A DNA stretch of 64,000 nt from Marinobacter sp. (GTDB taxonomy: Bacteria; Pseudomonadota; Gammaproteobacteria; Pseudomonadales; Oleiphilaceae). Both the position numbers and the translations under genes were made by a program. Of the stretch, positions 1 through 8,568 are shown one piece after another (the first letter of the stretch is position 1; the number at the start of each line of letters is the position of its first letter). A model generated the notes under the pieces. It was not told the DNA's origin and did no database searches. It saw only the letters and a list, made by a program, of their open reading frames with translations. Location of the stretch: contig NZ_JBLWYX010000009.1 of the NCBI RefSeq assembly GCF_048266785.1, forward strand, positions 52,325 to 116,324. The letters run 5' to 3'.

Positions 1-1214
1 CTCCGTGCTTTGGCAACTGCGCGACGCAGGTCGTGCCCCGCGACTGCCAGTTCGCCGCCGCTGGCAGGCAATAGCCCACAGAGCATACGGAATGTGGTGG
101 ATTTGCCGGCGCCGTTAGCTCCCAACAGGCCGAAAATTTCACCCCGGCGAACGCTGAAGCTGACATTATTTACCGCCATAAAATCACCAAAACGGCGTTG
201 CAGCTTATTTACCCGAATGACCTCATCCCCATCGCTGGCCTGTATATGCAGCTTTAGCGAGAGAGCTTCTTCAGACTCAGGCCGGCGGGTTTTCAACTGC
301 GCAATAAAAGCATCTTCAAAACGCGGTTCCACTGGGCCGATGTGAACACCTGCCTGCCCCGGCAAAAGTTCTTCCGGCGAGGGTGCCTGAGCGTTTGTCA
401 TTACCAGTCGCACTGCCTCGCCATCAATCAACGCATCCAGCACGCCGGGCGCCCGGCTCAATTGCTCCTGTAAGCGTCGGTGTTTCAATCCCTTGGCGGT
501 CACTTGAAAGGTACGTCCCGCTACTGCCTGGCTGAATTCTTTTGGTTCACCCTGCCCTAACAGCTTGCCCTCGTGAATCAACACGACTTCGTCACAGCGT
601 TCGGCTTCATCCAGATAGGCGGTACTCAGTAACACGCTCATGCCTGCCTCCTGCACCTGACGATACACAATCTGCCATAGCTCACGGCGCGACACCGGGT
701 CGACGCCGACGGTGGGCTCGTCCAGTAACAGCAATCGCGGCGAACGTACGAGTGTGCAGGCCAAACCCAGCTTTTGTTTCATTCCCCCGGAAAGGTGACC
801 TGCCAAACGCCGGGTGAATGGGCTCAGACCGGTCATCTGCATCAAGTCTGTGTAACGGGCCAGGCGCTCAGCCTTTGGGACACCTTGTAAGTCGGCGTAG
901 AGGTCAAGGTTTTCCTGCACACTGAGATCTTCATAGAGGCCGAAGCGTTGCGGCATATAACCGACGCTGGACTGAACCGACAGCGGCTCTGCGAGTGCAT
1001 CAATACCCAGCACCCGAATGCCACCCGTACCCGGTACTAACAGGCCTGCGGCAAGGCGCATGAGAGTCGTTTTCCCCGCGCCGTCCGGCCCCATCAAACC
1101 TGTTACCCGACCGGGTTTGATACTGAAACTCATATTCTCCAATGCCTGGACCTGCCGCCCACCGCTGGAGAAGGTTTTGCAGACGGATGAAAACGTGAGT
1201 GCGGCGGTACCCAC
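1..1214 (-). CDS. ABC transporter ATP-binding protein, tandem ABC domains (YbhF-like), truncated by the window edge
   Basis: Not in the ORF track; translated by hand from GTG at 1214. Contains GPDGAGKTT, LSGGMKQKL, LLLDEPT, then a second Walker A GANGAGKSTT near 100. Both domains are in the same frame. Follows the HlyD gene. Confidence 0.85.
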   Translation of the reverse strand, partial: MGTAALTFSSVCKTFSSGGRQVQALENMSFSIKPGRVTGLMGPDGAGKTTLMRLAAGLLVPGTGGIRVLGIDALAEPLSVQSSVGYMPQRFGLYEDLSVQENLDLYADLQGVPKAERLARYTDLMQMTGLSPFTRRLAGHLSGGMKQKLGLACTLVRSPRLLLLDEPTVGVDPVSRRELWQIVYRQVQEAGMSVLLSTAYLDEAERCDEVVLIHEGKLLGQGEPKEFSQAVAGRTFQVTAKGLKHRRLQEQLSRAPGVLDALIDGEAVRLVMTNAQAPSPEELLPGQAGVHIGPVEPRFEDAFIAQLKTRRPESEEALSLKLHIQASDGDEVIRVNKLQRRFGDFMAVNNVSFSVRRGEIFGLLGANGAGKSTTFRMLCGLLPASGGELAVAGHDLRRAVAKAR

Positions 1215-1216
1215 CG

Positions 1217-2248
1217 CTATGGCTCGCAGTGGTTAGCGGTAGCGTCAGGCATCGTCTGGTCGAGTTCAATCGTAACAGTTGCCGGCATCCCCAGGCGCAG
1301 CTCTTCTTGCGGGTTACAGGCATAGATCCTTACTGAGTAGACCAGCCGGGTACGCAGTTCCGGTGTCTGTACGCTCTTGGGCGTGAATTCGGCGCTGGGG
1401 GAAATATAGCCGACCCAACCTTCGTAGGTTTTGTCGGGATAGCTATCGGTGGAAATAAGTGCTTTTGCCCCTAAAGCCACCCGTCCCATCATCGGTTCTG
1501 GCAGATAAGCACGTACCCAAACCGGGTCTATGAAAGCCAGTGTCAGCACGGGCGTTTGTGGGAAGGCCATATCTCCAGGCTCAAGAATACGTTTGCGGAT
1601 GATACCGTCGGCAGGTGCATAGAGGTTGGAGTTTTCCAGTTGCTGCTGTGCCAACTCCAACCGTGCCTCAGTCGCAGCCAGTTGAGCGCGTGCTACGGCG
1701 ATGTCTTCTTTGCGGGGGCCTGCCTGCAACAATGCCAATGCCTGTTTTGATGCCTCCATCTGGGCCTTGGCTGCATCCGCCAGGGAATAGGCGTTCTCCA
1801 CATCTTCGGGCGAGGCCATCTTTTTCTCAAGTAAGCGCGCTATACGATTGTAACTGTCGCTGGTTGACTTTGCCGTCGCGCGGGTGGCATTAAACTCGGC
1901 CTGCCCCTTGCGAATTTCTTCCGGTCGACTCCCCGCCTCCAGTTTGGCCAGGGTGTGTTGTTGAGCGCGCAGAGCCGCTTCTGCCTCGGCTAATTGTGCG
2001 TCGAGTAATTCGGTGTGCAGACGGGCCAGAAGCTGCCCCTTGGTAACGCGATCCCCTTCCTGAACCCGGATCTCGAAAACGTGTTCACTGCTGTTGAACG
2101 CCAGTTGCGCCTCTCGGATGTCCACATTGCCGTAGAGATGCAACGTCGACTCATCACTCCCATCACGGTCGCGTTGCCACCAGAACATCGCGATGATGGC
2201 TATGAAAACCAGCGGCACGATCGCCGCAATGATTTTTTTCTTCTGCAT
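1217..2248 (-). CDS. HlyD family efflux membrane-fusion protein (YbhG-like)
   Basis: N-terminal TM anchor, LYGNVDIRE, coiled-coil hairpin, lipoyl-like APADGII, AEFTPKSVQTPELRTRLVY. Confidence 0.9.
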   Translation of the reverse strand: MQKKKIIAAIVPLVFIAIIAMFWWQRDRDGSDESTLHLYGNVDIREAQLAFNSSEHVFEIRVQEGDRVTKGQLLARLHTELLDAQLAEAEAALRAQQHTLAKLEAGSRPEEIRKGQAEFNATRATAKSTSDSYNRIARLLEKKMASPEDVENAYSLADAAKAQMEASKQALALLQAGPRKEDIAVARAQLAATEARLELAQQQLENSNLYAPADGIIRKRILEPGDMAFPQTPVLTLAFIDPVWVRAYLPEPMMGRVALGAKALISTDSYPDKTYEGWVGYISPSAEFTPKSVQTPELRTRLVYSVRIYACNPQEELRLGMPATVTIELDQTMPDATANHCEP

Positions 2249-2522
2249 CTTCGCTACCCATCACTGTTTCTGAGTCTGAACAGGCAGTATGTATTCTGTT
2301 GGCCTGGTGAGAAAGGGAATACCGCTTCCATGCACCTGTGCTGATCATCGATGCGGTGATTGCCTATCTCCACATACTAAATCCGCTGACACCAAACCAC
2401 CAGTTCGAAAGCTTGCAAGGCGCCGGTGCGCCTCCGGTTGAATAAGCGAGCTGAACAAGCATCTGGTTATGCGAGGTATCTCGGAACCTGGGAGATAAAA
2501 GAGGGAGTCTGAATTTTCGCCA

Positions 2523-3152
2523 CTAGCCCAGCGCAAGCCAAACGCCCACCAACATCATCAAGCTTCCGGAAATCCGGTTCGCCAGACGAACACTGCCGCC
2601 TTTTCTCAACGCACGACTCAGCGTTTTTCCGCCGTGGGCGTATATCTGCAGGCAGATAAACTCCAGCGTGAGAATAATAATGACCAGCGCGCCCAGTTGT
2701 GGCGCAATAGGCAGTGAGCTATCAATAAACGGCGGTAGCAGTACGACAAAAAACGCCCAGCCTTTGGGGTTGGCAATTGCCGTAATAAACCCCTGTGCCG
2801 CTAACTGCCAGTGCGATGCAGTATTGGGCGCCGCGTTTTCCTGGGGCATCGCCATTTTGCCTCGTGAACGCCACATTTGAACGCCTAACCAGATCAAGTA
2901 AGCCCCGCCGGCATACTTGAACAGTTCAAATGCCGCCGGGTAACGCAGCATAAACGTTGCGACACCTATTGCGGAGGCGGTTGCAACTATTGCAACGCCT
3001 ACCAACTCCCCCGCCATCATCCACATTGCCCGCCGCACGCCGATAGTGATACCCAGTGACAATGCCAGAGTCATACACATGCCGGGTGTGATCGAGACTA
3101 TAAAAAAGGTCGGGATAAAGGCTGATAACAACGACAGGTTCAAAAACGACAC
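2523..3152 (-). CDS. LysE/RhtB family translocator
   Basis: SITPGMCM N-terminal motif, GGAYLIWLG, QGFITAIANPKGW; about 6 TM segments. Confidence 0.9.
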   Translation of the reverse strand: MSFLNLSLLSAFIPTFFIVSITPGMCMTLALSLGITIGVRRAMWMMAGELVGVAIVATASAIGVATFMLRYPAAFELFKYAGGAYLIWLGVQMWRSRGKMAMPQENAAPNTASHWQLAAQGFITAIANPKGWAFFVVLLPPFIDSSLPIAPQLGALVIIILTLEFICLQIYAHGGKTLSRALRKGGSVRLANRISGSLMMLVGVWLALG

Positions 3153-3285
3153 ATCAGAGCACTCATAAATAAATTAGGACGGGTTCAGTAGAATCCATGG
3201 TAGTTCATCCATTCCTTCCATCCCAGCCAGTCCTGGACTATCTTACTCCCTGATCCGCATACGCTGTGACAGGAATCAAAAACCA

Positions 3286-4095
3286 ATGCTTTCAATATCA
3301 GCAAACGAACGCTACGTTTCGACCTCTGCCGGTGAGCTCTATGTAAAGAGCTGGACGCCTTCAGCAGATTCCAGTACTGAAACCACCGCGCCGATCGTGC
3401 TATTCCACGACTCGCTTGGAAGCGTGGAGCTTTGGCGGGGTTTTCCAGAACAACTGGCTCGCTCTCTCGGTCGACAGGTCATCGCCTATGACCGGCCCGG
3501 GTTCGGGCGCTCCTATCCCCGCACGGACATTCTGGAGGCGGACTTCATTATTAACGAAGCAACCGGACCCTTCACAGCCATACGCGGTGAACTTGGCATA
3601 GTAGATTTTATCGCCTTCGGGCATAGCGTAGGTGGCGCCATGGCAGCAGTGTGTGCCGCAACCTTCCCCGCTCACTGTGTTGCGCTGATTACAGAAGCGG
3701 CTCAGGCGTTCGTTGAAGATCTTACGGTTCGGGGTATCCGCGATGCAAAGCAGGTTTTCGCTCAAGACGGCCAGATAGATCGACTTAAAAAATACCACGG
3801 TGAAAAAGCGGACTGGGTTCTGCGCGCCTGGACGGGCACCTGGCTATCAGACAATTTTCAGCACTGGACCCTGAACGAAACACTATCCAGAGTGAGCTGC
3901 CCTGTTCTGGCCATTCATGGTGAGGACGACGAGTTTGGTTCCGCAGCGCATCCGGAACTTTATACATCACTTCCGGCTGGTCCTTGTGTTTTGGAGATGC
4001 TCAAAGAATGCGGGCATGTTCCGCACAGGGAAAAACCGGATGTTGTTGTGCGTCTGGTGAATGATTTTATTGAGGGGCACTTGAAGCCCTGTTAA
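3286..4095 (+). CDS. alpha/beta hydrolase (serine esterase, BPHL-like)
   Basis: GHSVGG nucleophile elbow, HGEDDEFG acid region, GHVPH catalytic His. Confidence 0.85.
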   Translation: MLSISANERYVSTSAGELYVKSWTPSADSSTETTAPIVLFHDSLGSVELWRGFPEQLARSLGRQVIAYDRPGFGRSYPRTDILEADFIINEATGPFTAIRGELGIVDFIAFGHSVGGAMAAVCAATFPAHCVALITEAAQAFVEDLTVRGIRDAKQVFAQDGQIDRLKKYHGEKADWVLRAWTGTWLSDNFQHWTLNETLSRVSCPVLAIHGEDDEFGSAAHPELYTSLPAGPCVLEMLKECGHVPHREKPDVVVRLVNDFIEGHLKPC

Positions 4096-4120
4096 TCAGG
4101 GCGCCAAGTGTCCCGGCTAA

Positions 4121-5392
4121 TCAGCCTCGAAGCTTGTTCAGTATCTCCTCAGCAATATCCACCCTCACCTTCCCCATTTTAACCAGATCTTTTGCTACGG
4201 TTTCAATCTCCGCGCCAATCGCACCTGCCATCACCGCAATGTTCTTGGCGTGCAATGCCATGTGGCCTTTCTGGATTCCGGTGGTCGCCAGGGCTTTTAG
4301 GGCGGAAAAATTCTGAGCCAGGCCAACGGCCGCAATGGTGCGAGCTAGTTGATCTGCACTTTTCACCGCCATAATATCCAGCGCAATGCGTGCGGTCGGG
4401 TGGGATTTGGTGGCGCCTCCTATAAGCCCTACCGGCATGGGCATTTCGATCATGCCGGTCAGGTTGCCATCCCGGTCGGCTTCCCAATGGGTCAAAGAGC
4501 GATAGCGACCGGTTTGTGCCGCGTACGCGTGCGCCCCGGCTTCGACAGCACGGGTGTCGTTACCTGTAGCCAGAACCACGGCGCTGACTCCGTTCATAAC
4601 ACCTTTGTTGTGTGTTGCTGCACGGTACGGGTCGATGTCTGCAAACTCATAAGCGGCAAGAATGCCGTCCCGGACCGACTCGCCGCCGATAGCATCGAGT
4701 GTCCAGGTTGCACGGGCTCTCGCTAGCCTGCGATCCGCGAGATTCGAGAGAATGCGCAGGTAAGTTCGCCCACCGGTCCATTTTGCAATCAGCGGCGCTA
4801 CGGCCTCTGCCATGGAGTTCACGGCATTAGCGCCCATGGCATCGCGAGTGTCGACGATGAGGTGGGTGATCACCATGGTGCCCGTGTGGCTGCCTTCCAG
4901 AACGCGCACTTCCACCTCACGAAATCCGCCCCCGTGCTTGAGCAGAACCGGATCGGTTTCGTCGCAAATCTGTTTGATGTCCGCTTTGTGCTCAAGAATC
5001 TGCAGGCGCGCAAACTCCGGGTTTGGCACATCAACCAATTGCACCTGGGCGATCATCAGCGAGCCCGACATGGAGGTGATAAAACCTCCGGAATTCCGGC
5101 ACTGGCGCGCAGCGTTGCAGACTGCGGCGACCACCGACGATTCCTCTGTGGCCATCGGAATCAATGTGTCCTGCTGATCCACCACCATGTTGGTGGCAAC
5201 ACCAATGGGAATATTCATGGTGCCAATGGCGTTCTCGATCATCGAATCTGCGATCTCGCCGGTCAGGTTGCCGGTGTTGCCCATGTGATTGGCAACATCC
5301 GGGTTGAGGCCGGCCATTTCGATGACTTTCTCCAGGCGCTTGGCCATGGAGAGGTTATGAAATCCGGAAATACGGGAACTTGGGGTAGACAT
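4121..5392 (-). CDS. mvaA: Class II hydroxymethylglutaryl-CoA reductase (degradative-type, NAD(H)-linked)
   Basis: ENAIG, PMATEESSVVAA, DAMGAN, THNKGVMNG, GNDTRAVEAG and IQKGHMALH motifs, with catalytic Glu/Lys/Asp/His positions recognisable. Confidence 0.92.
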   Translation of the reverse strand: MSTPSSRISGFHNLSMAKRLEKVIEMAGLNPDVANHMGNTGNLTGEIADSMIENAIGTMNIPIGVATNMVVDQQDTLIPMATEESSVVAAVCNAARQCRNSGGFITSMSGSLMIAQVQLVDVPNPEFARLQILEHKADIKQICDETDPVLLKHGGGFREVEVRVLEGSHTGTMVITHLIVDTRDAMGANAVNSMAEAVAPLIAKWTGGRTYLRILSNLADRRLARARATWTLDAIGGESVRDGILAAYEFADIDPYRAATHNKGVMNGVSAVVLATGNDTRAVEAGAHAYAAQTGRYRSLTHWEADRDGNLTGMIEMPMPVGLIGGATKSHPTARIALDIMAVKSADQLARTIAAVGLAQNFSALKALATTGIQKGHMALHAKNIAVMAGAIGAEIETVAKDLVKMGKVRVDIAEEILNKLRG

Positions 5393-5417
5393 GGAATCAA
5401 TCTCCGCGATTAAGGAA

Positions 5418-6740
5418 TCAGGAAACCAGACGCTGGGACAGCTGATTTGGCAGCCAGGTCACCAGGTCCGGGAACAACATGAACAGAATCAGTGCCATTA
5501 TCTGCAGTACGAGGAACGGCAGGATTGCGCGATACACGGTCTCCATTCCTATACCTGGCGGCAGTACGCCTTTGATGTAGAAAAGGGTGTAACCGAATGG
5601 CGGCGTTATGTACGCCATTTGTGCGGTAATCAGGAACAGCACACCAAACCACACCGGATCAAAGCCAAAGGCAGAGATGATTGGCATGAACACAGGTACA
5701 CACAGCAGAATGATGCCAATCTCATCCAGGAACAGGCCCAGCAGAACGAGAATGCCCATCATCGAAAGCAGCACCAGCCAGCGGTTAACCTCGAGGTTTT
5801 CGATAAACATCAACAGTGAATCGGCGCCACCGGTTCCGGTGAATATCGAGACAAAGATCTTGGCACCGATGGTGATCCACATAATCATCGTTGTTACGCG
5901 GAGCGTATCCATGGCCGCATCGCTGAGATTTGCAGTGGTGAACTGGCCCTGCAGCATTGCCGACAGCATAGCCCCCACTACCCCAACCGCTGCGGCTTCC
6001 GTCGGCGTGGCGATTCCGGCGTAGATGCTGCCCAGAACACTGAACACAATCAGAGTGGGCAAGAACAGAGATTTGAGTGACCCGAACATCTCGAGCCAGC
6101 CTATTTCGATGTTGTCCGGAGCAGGCGCAAGGCTGGGTTTAAGCATGGTGCGGATCACTACGTAACTCACGTAAAGACCGGATAACACCATGCCCGGCAC
6201 TATCCCGGCGGCAAACATTTTGCCTACGGATATCTGCGCCGTAGCGGCGTAGACGATGGTGATTATCGAAGGTGGAATCAGAATGCCCAGAGTGCCGCCG
6301 GCACAGATTACTCCCAGTGCCAGCTTCTCATCATAGCCACGACGCAGCATGGACGGTAGCGCAAGAATCCCCATGGCGGCGACTGCAGCCCCAACGATGC
6401 CGGTCATGGCGGCCATCACGGTGCAAATGGCTATAGTCCCGACTGCAAGGCCACCGGGCAGACGCCGGAACCAGAGCTCCATCGCTTTGTACAAGGCTTC
6501 GATAATTCCGGAACGCTGAAGAATGCTGGCCATCAGCACGTAGAGAGGAATTGCAAGCAACACATCAGACGTCATGACGTCGTAGGTCTGTAAAACCGTC
6601 AGCACCAGTGCGTCCAGCCCCCACAACAAAATGGTGAACAACACGGCAAGCGAGATCAGCACAAAGGCGAGGGGCATGCCACTCAACAACAGGAGCAGGA
6701 GCGAAAAAAACATGGCGGAGAAAACAAGTGTGGAGCTCAT
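5418..6740 (-). CDS. dctM: TRAP transporter large permease (DctM)
   Basis: 440 aa, highly hydrophobic; GGTLGILIPPS, ATPTEAAAVG, ITPPFG. Confidence 0.92.
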   Translation of the reverse strand: MSSTLVFSAMFFSLLLLLLSGMPLAFVLISLAVLFTILLWGLDALVLTVLQTYDVMTSDVLLAIPLYVLMASILQRSGIIEALYKAMELWFRRLPGGLAVGTIAICTVMAAMTGIVGAAVAAMGILALPSMLRRGYDEKLALGVICAGGTLGILIPPSIITIVYAATAQISVGKMFAAGIVPGMVLSGLYVSYVVIRTMLKPSLAPAPDNIEIGWLEMFGSLKSLFLPTLIVFSVLGSIYAGIATPTEAAAVGVVGAMLSAMLQGQFTTANLSDAAMDTLRVTTMIMWITIGAKIFVSIFTGTGGADSLLMFIENLEVNRWLVLLSMMGILVLLGLFLDEIGIILLCVPVFMPIISAFGFDPVWFGVLFLITAQMAYITPPFGYTLFYIKGVLPPGIGMETVYRAILPFLVLQIMALILFMLFPDLVTWLPNQLSQRLVS

Positions 6741-7252
6741 GCTCTTGCCTCTTCGCGACCGCCGATACGTTGAATTGCGGTAAGCAACTCAGCGATGGAC
6801 TGAAGCAGCAGCAGGCTGAATGCCACCGGTATTACAGTCTTCACAGGCCAGATAGCCGGGTTCCAGGATGAAAACGAGGTTTCGCCGGAATCGATGGAGT
6901 TTTGAGCGATTGGAATGCTCTGATAGATAAGAATGCAACTGATCAACACAATCACGGCGTAAATGCCTGTGTCTGCGATCGCTGCTATACGTGGTGACAA
7001 TTTGCTATACAGAATGTCGACGTTCACATGGCCGGCGGTATGCAAAAAATGGGGCCCAGCGAGTAGAAAGTAAGGGCCGAGCAGCAGAGTTGATAACTCC
7101 AGTGCCCAGATCGTTGGCGCATCAAAAAAATAACGAGCCACGACTTCATAGGAAATAACGGCGACCATTATGAAAACCAGCGAAGACGCGGCAATGGCCA
7201 GCCAACGGTTCACCTGCGTAACAGTTTGGCAGTAGCCGTCAAGAATCTGCAT
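6737..7252 (-). CDS. dctQ: TRAP transporter small permease (DctQ)
   Basis: 4 TM; YEVVARYFFDAPTIW and GHVNVDILY motifs; overlaps dctM start by 4 bp. Confidence 0.9.
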   Translation of the reverse strand: MQILDGYCQTVTQVNRWLAIAASSLVFIMVAVISYEVVARYFFDAPTIWALELSTLLLGPYFLLAGPHFLHTAGHVNVDILYSKLSPRIAAIADTGIYAVIVLISCILIYQSIPIAQNSIDSGETSFSSWNPAIWPVKTVIPVAFSLLLLQSIAELLTAIQRIGGREEARA

Positions 7253-7276
7253 AAGGAAGCCTCAAATGGAGGGAGC

Positions 7277-7301
7277 ATCAGCCCGGCTGATCCGGGCTGA
7301 T
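7277..7301. other. Intercistronic stem-loop between dctP and dctQ
   Basis: Perfect 10-bp inverted repeat ATCAGCCCGG-ctgat-CCGGGCTGAT; the position is typical of hairpins that stabilise SBP mRNA (function inferred). Confidence 0.6.
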
Positions 7302-7324
7302 CAAAGCACATCTGATCTGGAGCG

Positions 7325-8380
7325 CTACTTAATAAGGCCCAGTTCCTTCATGAAGTCGATCTGACTTTGCAGTACTTTGTTGGCGAGTTCATCATCGCCT
7401 GCTGCTTCCTTCCAGGCTTCCATGGCGGTTGGGCGGGCACTGGCTATCACAGCCGGGTCAAGATGGATTATTTCAGCACCCTGCTCCTGGAACTTTTTCA
7501 GTGCTATCGCATCCTGCGCAATAATGTGTTGCCGCAGCGAACCCGAGATTTCCCTCGCGGACACTTCAAGAGCCGCTTTGTAGGAGTCTGGCAGCTTGTC
7601 GTAGGCTCTCTGGTTTGCCACATAGCTGGTCGCGGTCGTGGGCTGATGGAAGCCAGGCACAATGACGTACTTGGCCACTTCTCCCAGGCCTGCTTCCAGG
7701 TTGGCAGTCAGATCACCCCGGTCTGCAAAATCGATCACGCCCTTTTCAAGCGCCTGGTATACCTCGGCAGTCGGGAGTGGCGTAACGGCAACACCAAATT
7801 TGCTCATCACTGTGCTGGCAAGTCCGACAAAACGGCCTTTCTTGCCTTTTACATCATCAGGCTTGTTTATCGGGAATTTTGAGTGGATCGGCTCTTGGCC
7901 ATAAACGGTGGGAGCAATGTAAAAGAGCCCTGCCTGGGCGTAAGCTTCCCTCGCAAATTCCAGACCGCCTTTTTCGTAAAACCAGGCTTCATACTGGTCC
8001 GACTCGGGAAAACCAAAAGGAATCGTGCTGGTGAAAGCAAATGTTGGGATAGCACCCGCTTTATACCCGTCGAAGGTCTTCATCATTTCAAAAGCACCGC
8101 CCCGAACCGCTTCAAACGCTTGTGCTGACGGAGCCAGCTGGCCGCCGCCGAACAAACGGATGGTGAACTTGCCATCGGTAAGTTGGGAAACTCGCTCCAC
8201 AAACTTCTTCTCGTATTCGTAGGGTGTTGTGCCAGCATCCCAGAGGGCCTGCATGCGCCAGTTTACGTTAGGCTGTTCTGCTGCCAGGGTAACGCCGGAA
8301 GCAAGCGCCGCCGCTACTATAACGCCGCTTATCGTGCGCCGGATGTAACCATGAGCCTTGGGTTTTATGTGCAGTTTCAT
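7325..8380 (-). CDS. dctP: TRAP substrate-binding protein (DctP, monocarboxylate/2-oxoacid-binding type)
   Basis: Probable start is ATG at 8380 after GGAGAG (the ORF track extends to 8482). Signal peptide, WRMQALW, GGGQLAP, KGKKGRF (conserved Arg), EVYQALEKGVID. Confidence 0.9.
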   Translation of the reverse strand: MKLHIKPKAHGYIRRTISGVIVAAALASGVTLAAEQPNVNWRMQALWDAGTTPYEYEKKFVERVSQLTDGKFTIRLFGGGQLAPSAQAFEAVRGGAFEMMKTFDGYKAGAIPTFAFTSTIPFGFPESDQYEAWFYEKGGLEFAREAYAQAGLFYIAPTVYGQEPIHSKFPINKPDDVKGKKGRFVGLASTVMSKFGVAVTPLPTAEVYQALEKGVIDFADRGDLTANLEAGLGEVAKYVIVPGFHQPTTATSYVANQRAYDKLPDSYKAALEVSAREISGSLRQHIIAQDAIALKKFQEQGAEIIHLDPAVIASARPTAMEAWKEAAGDDELANKVLQSQIDFMKELGLIK

Positions 8381-8512
8381 CTCGCTCTCCAATTTTGTTT
8401 TTATGTACTCATTGACGTTATTCGCCAAAAAATCCACCGCATTATTTTGTTTAGTGTTGCCTGTACAAACTAGGCCAGACAATTAGAATCAACAAGGGAC
8501 AGTTAGCCGATG

Positions 8513-8548
8513 TGTACCACGGACTGTACCAGTGTGATAGCTGGTACA
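8513..8548. promoter_or_regulatory. Putative MocR-type operator: two direct repeats plus one inverted repeat
   Basis: TGTACCA at 8513-8519 and 8525-8531, TGGTACA at 8542-8548, between the divergent dctP and mocR-like genes. Confidence 0.6.
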
Positions 8549-8568
8549 CTTTTAAGGTTGATATAAAA

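Noticed and set aside
2249-2522. Regulator remnant or riboswitch upstream of the HlyD/ABC operon
   Set aside because: No HTH-like ORF and no recognisable structured RNA motif; the short ORFs there look random.
4121-5392. mvaA as evidence of a biosynthetic mevalonate pathway
   Set aside because: No HMG-CoA synthase, kinases or decarboxylase in the window; the importer context and class II type favour catabolism. Unlinked genes cannot be excluded.
8381-8568. ORF-track N-terminal extensions of dctP (to 8482) and the MocR gene (from 8512)
   Set aside because: They would cover the divergent promoter and operator boxes; the downstream starts fit the RBS and domain boundaries better.
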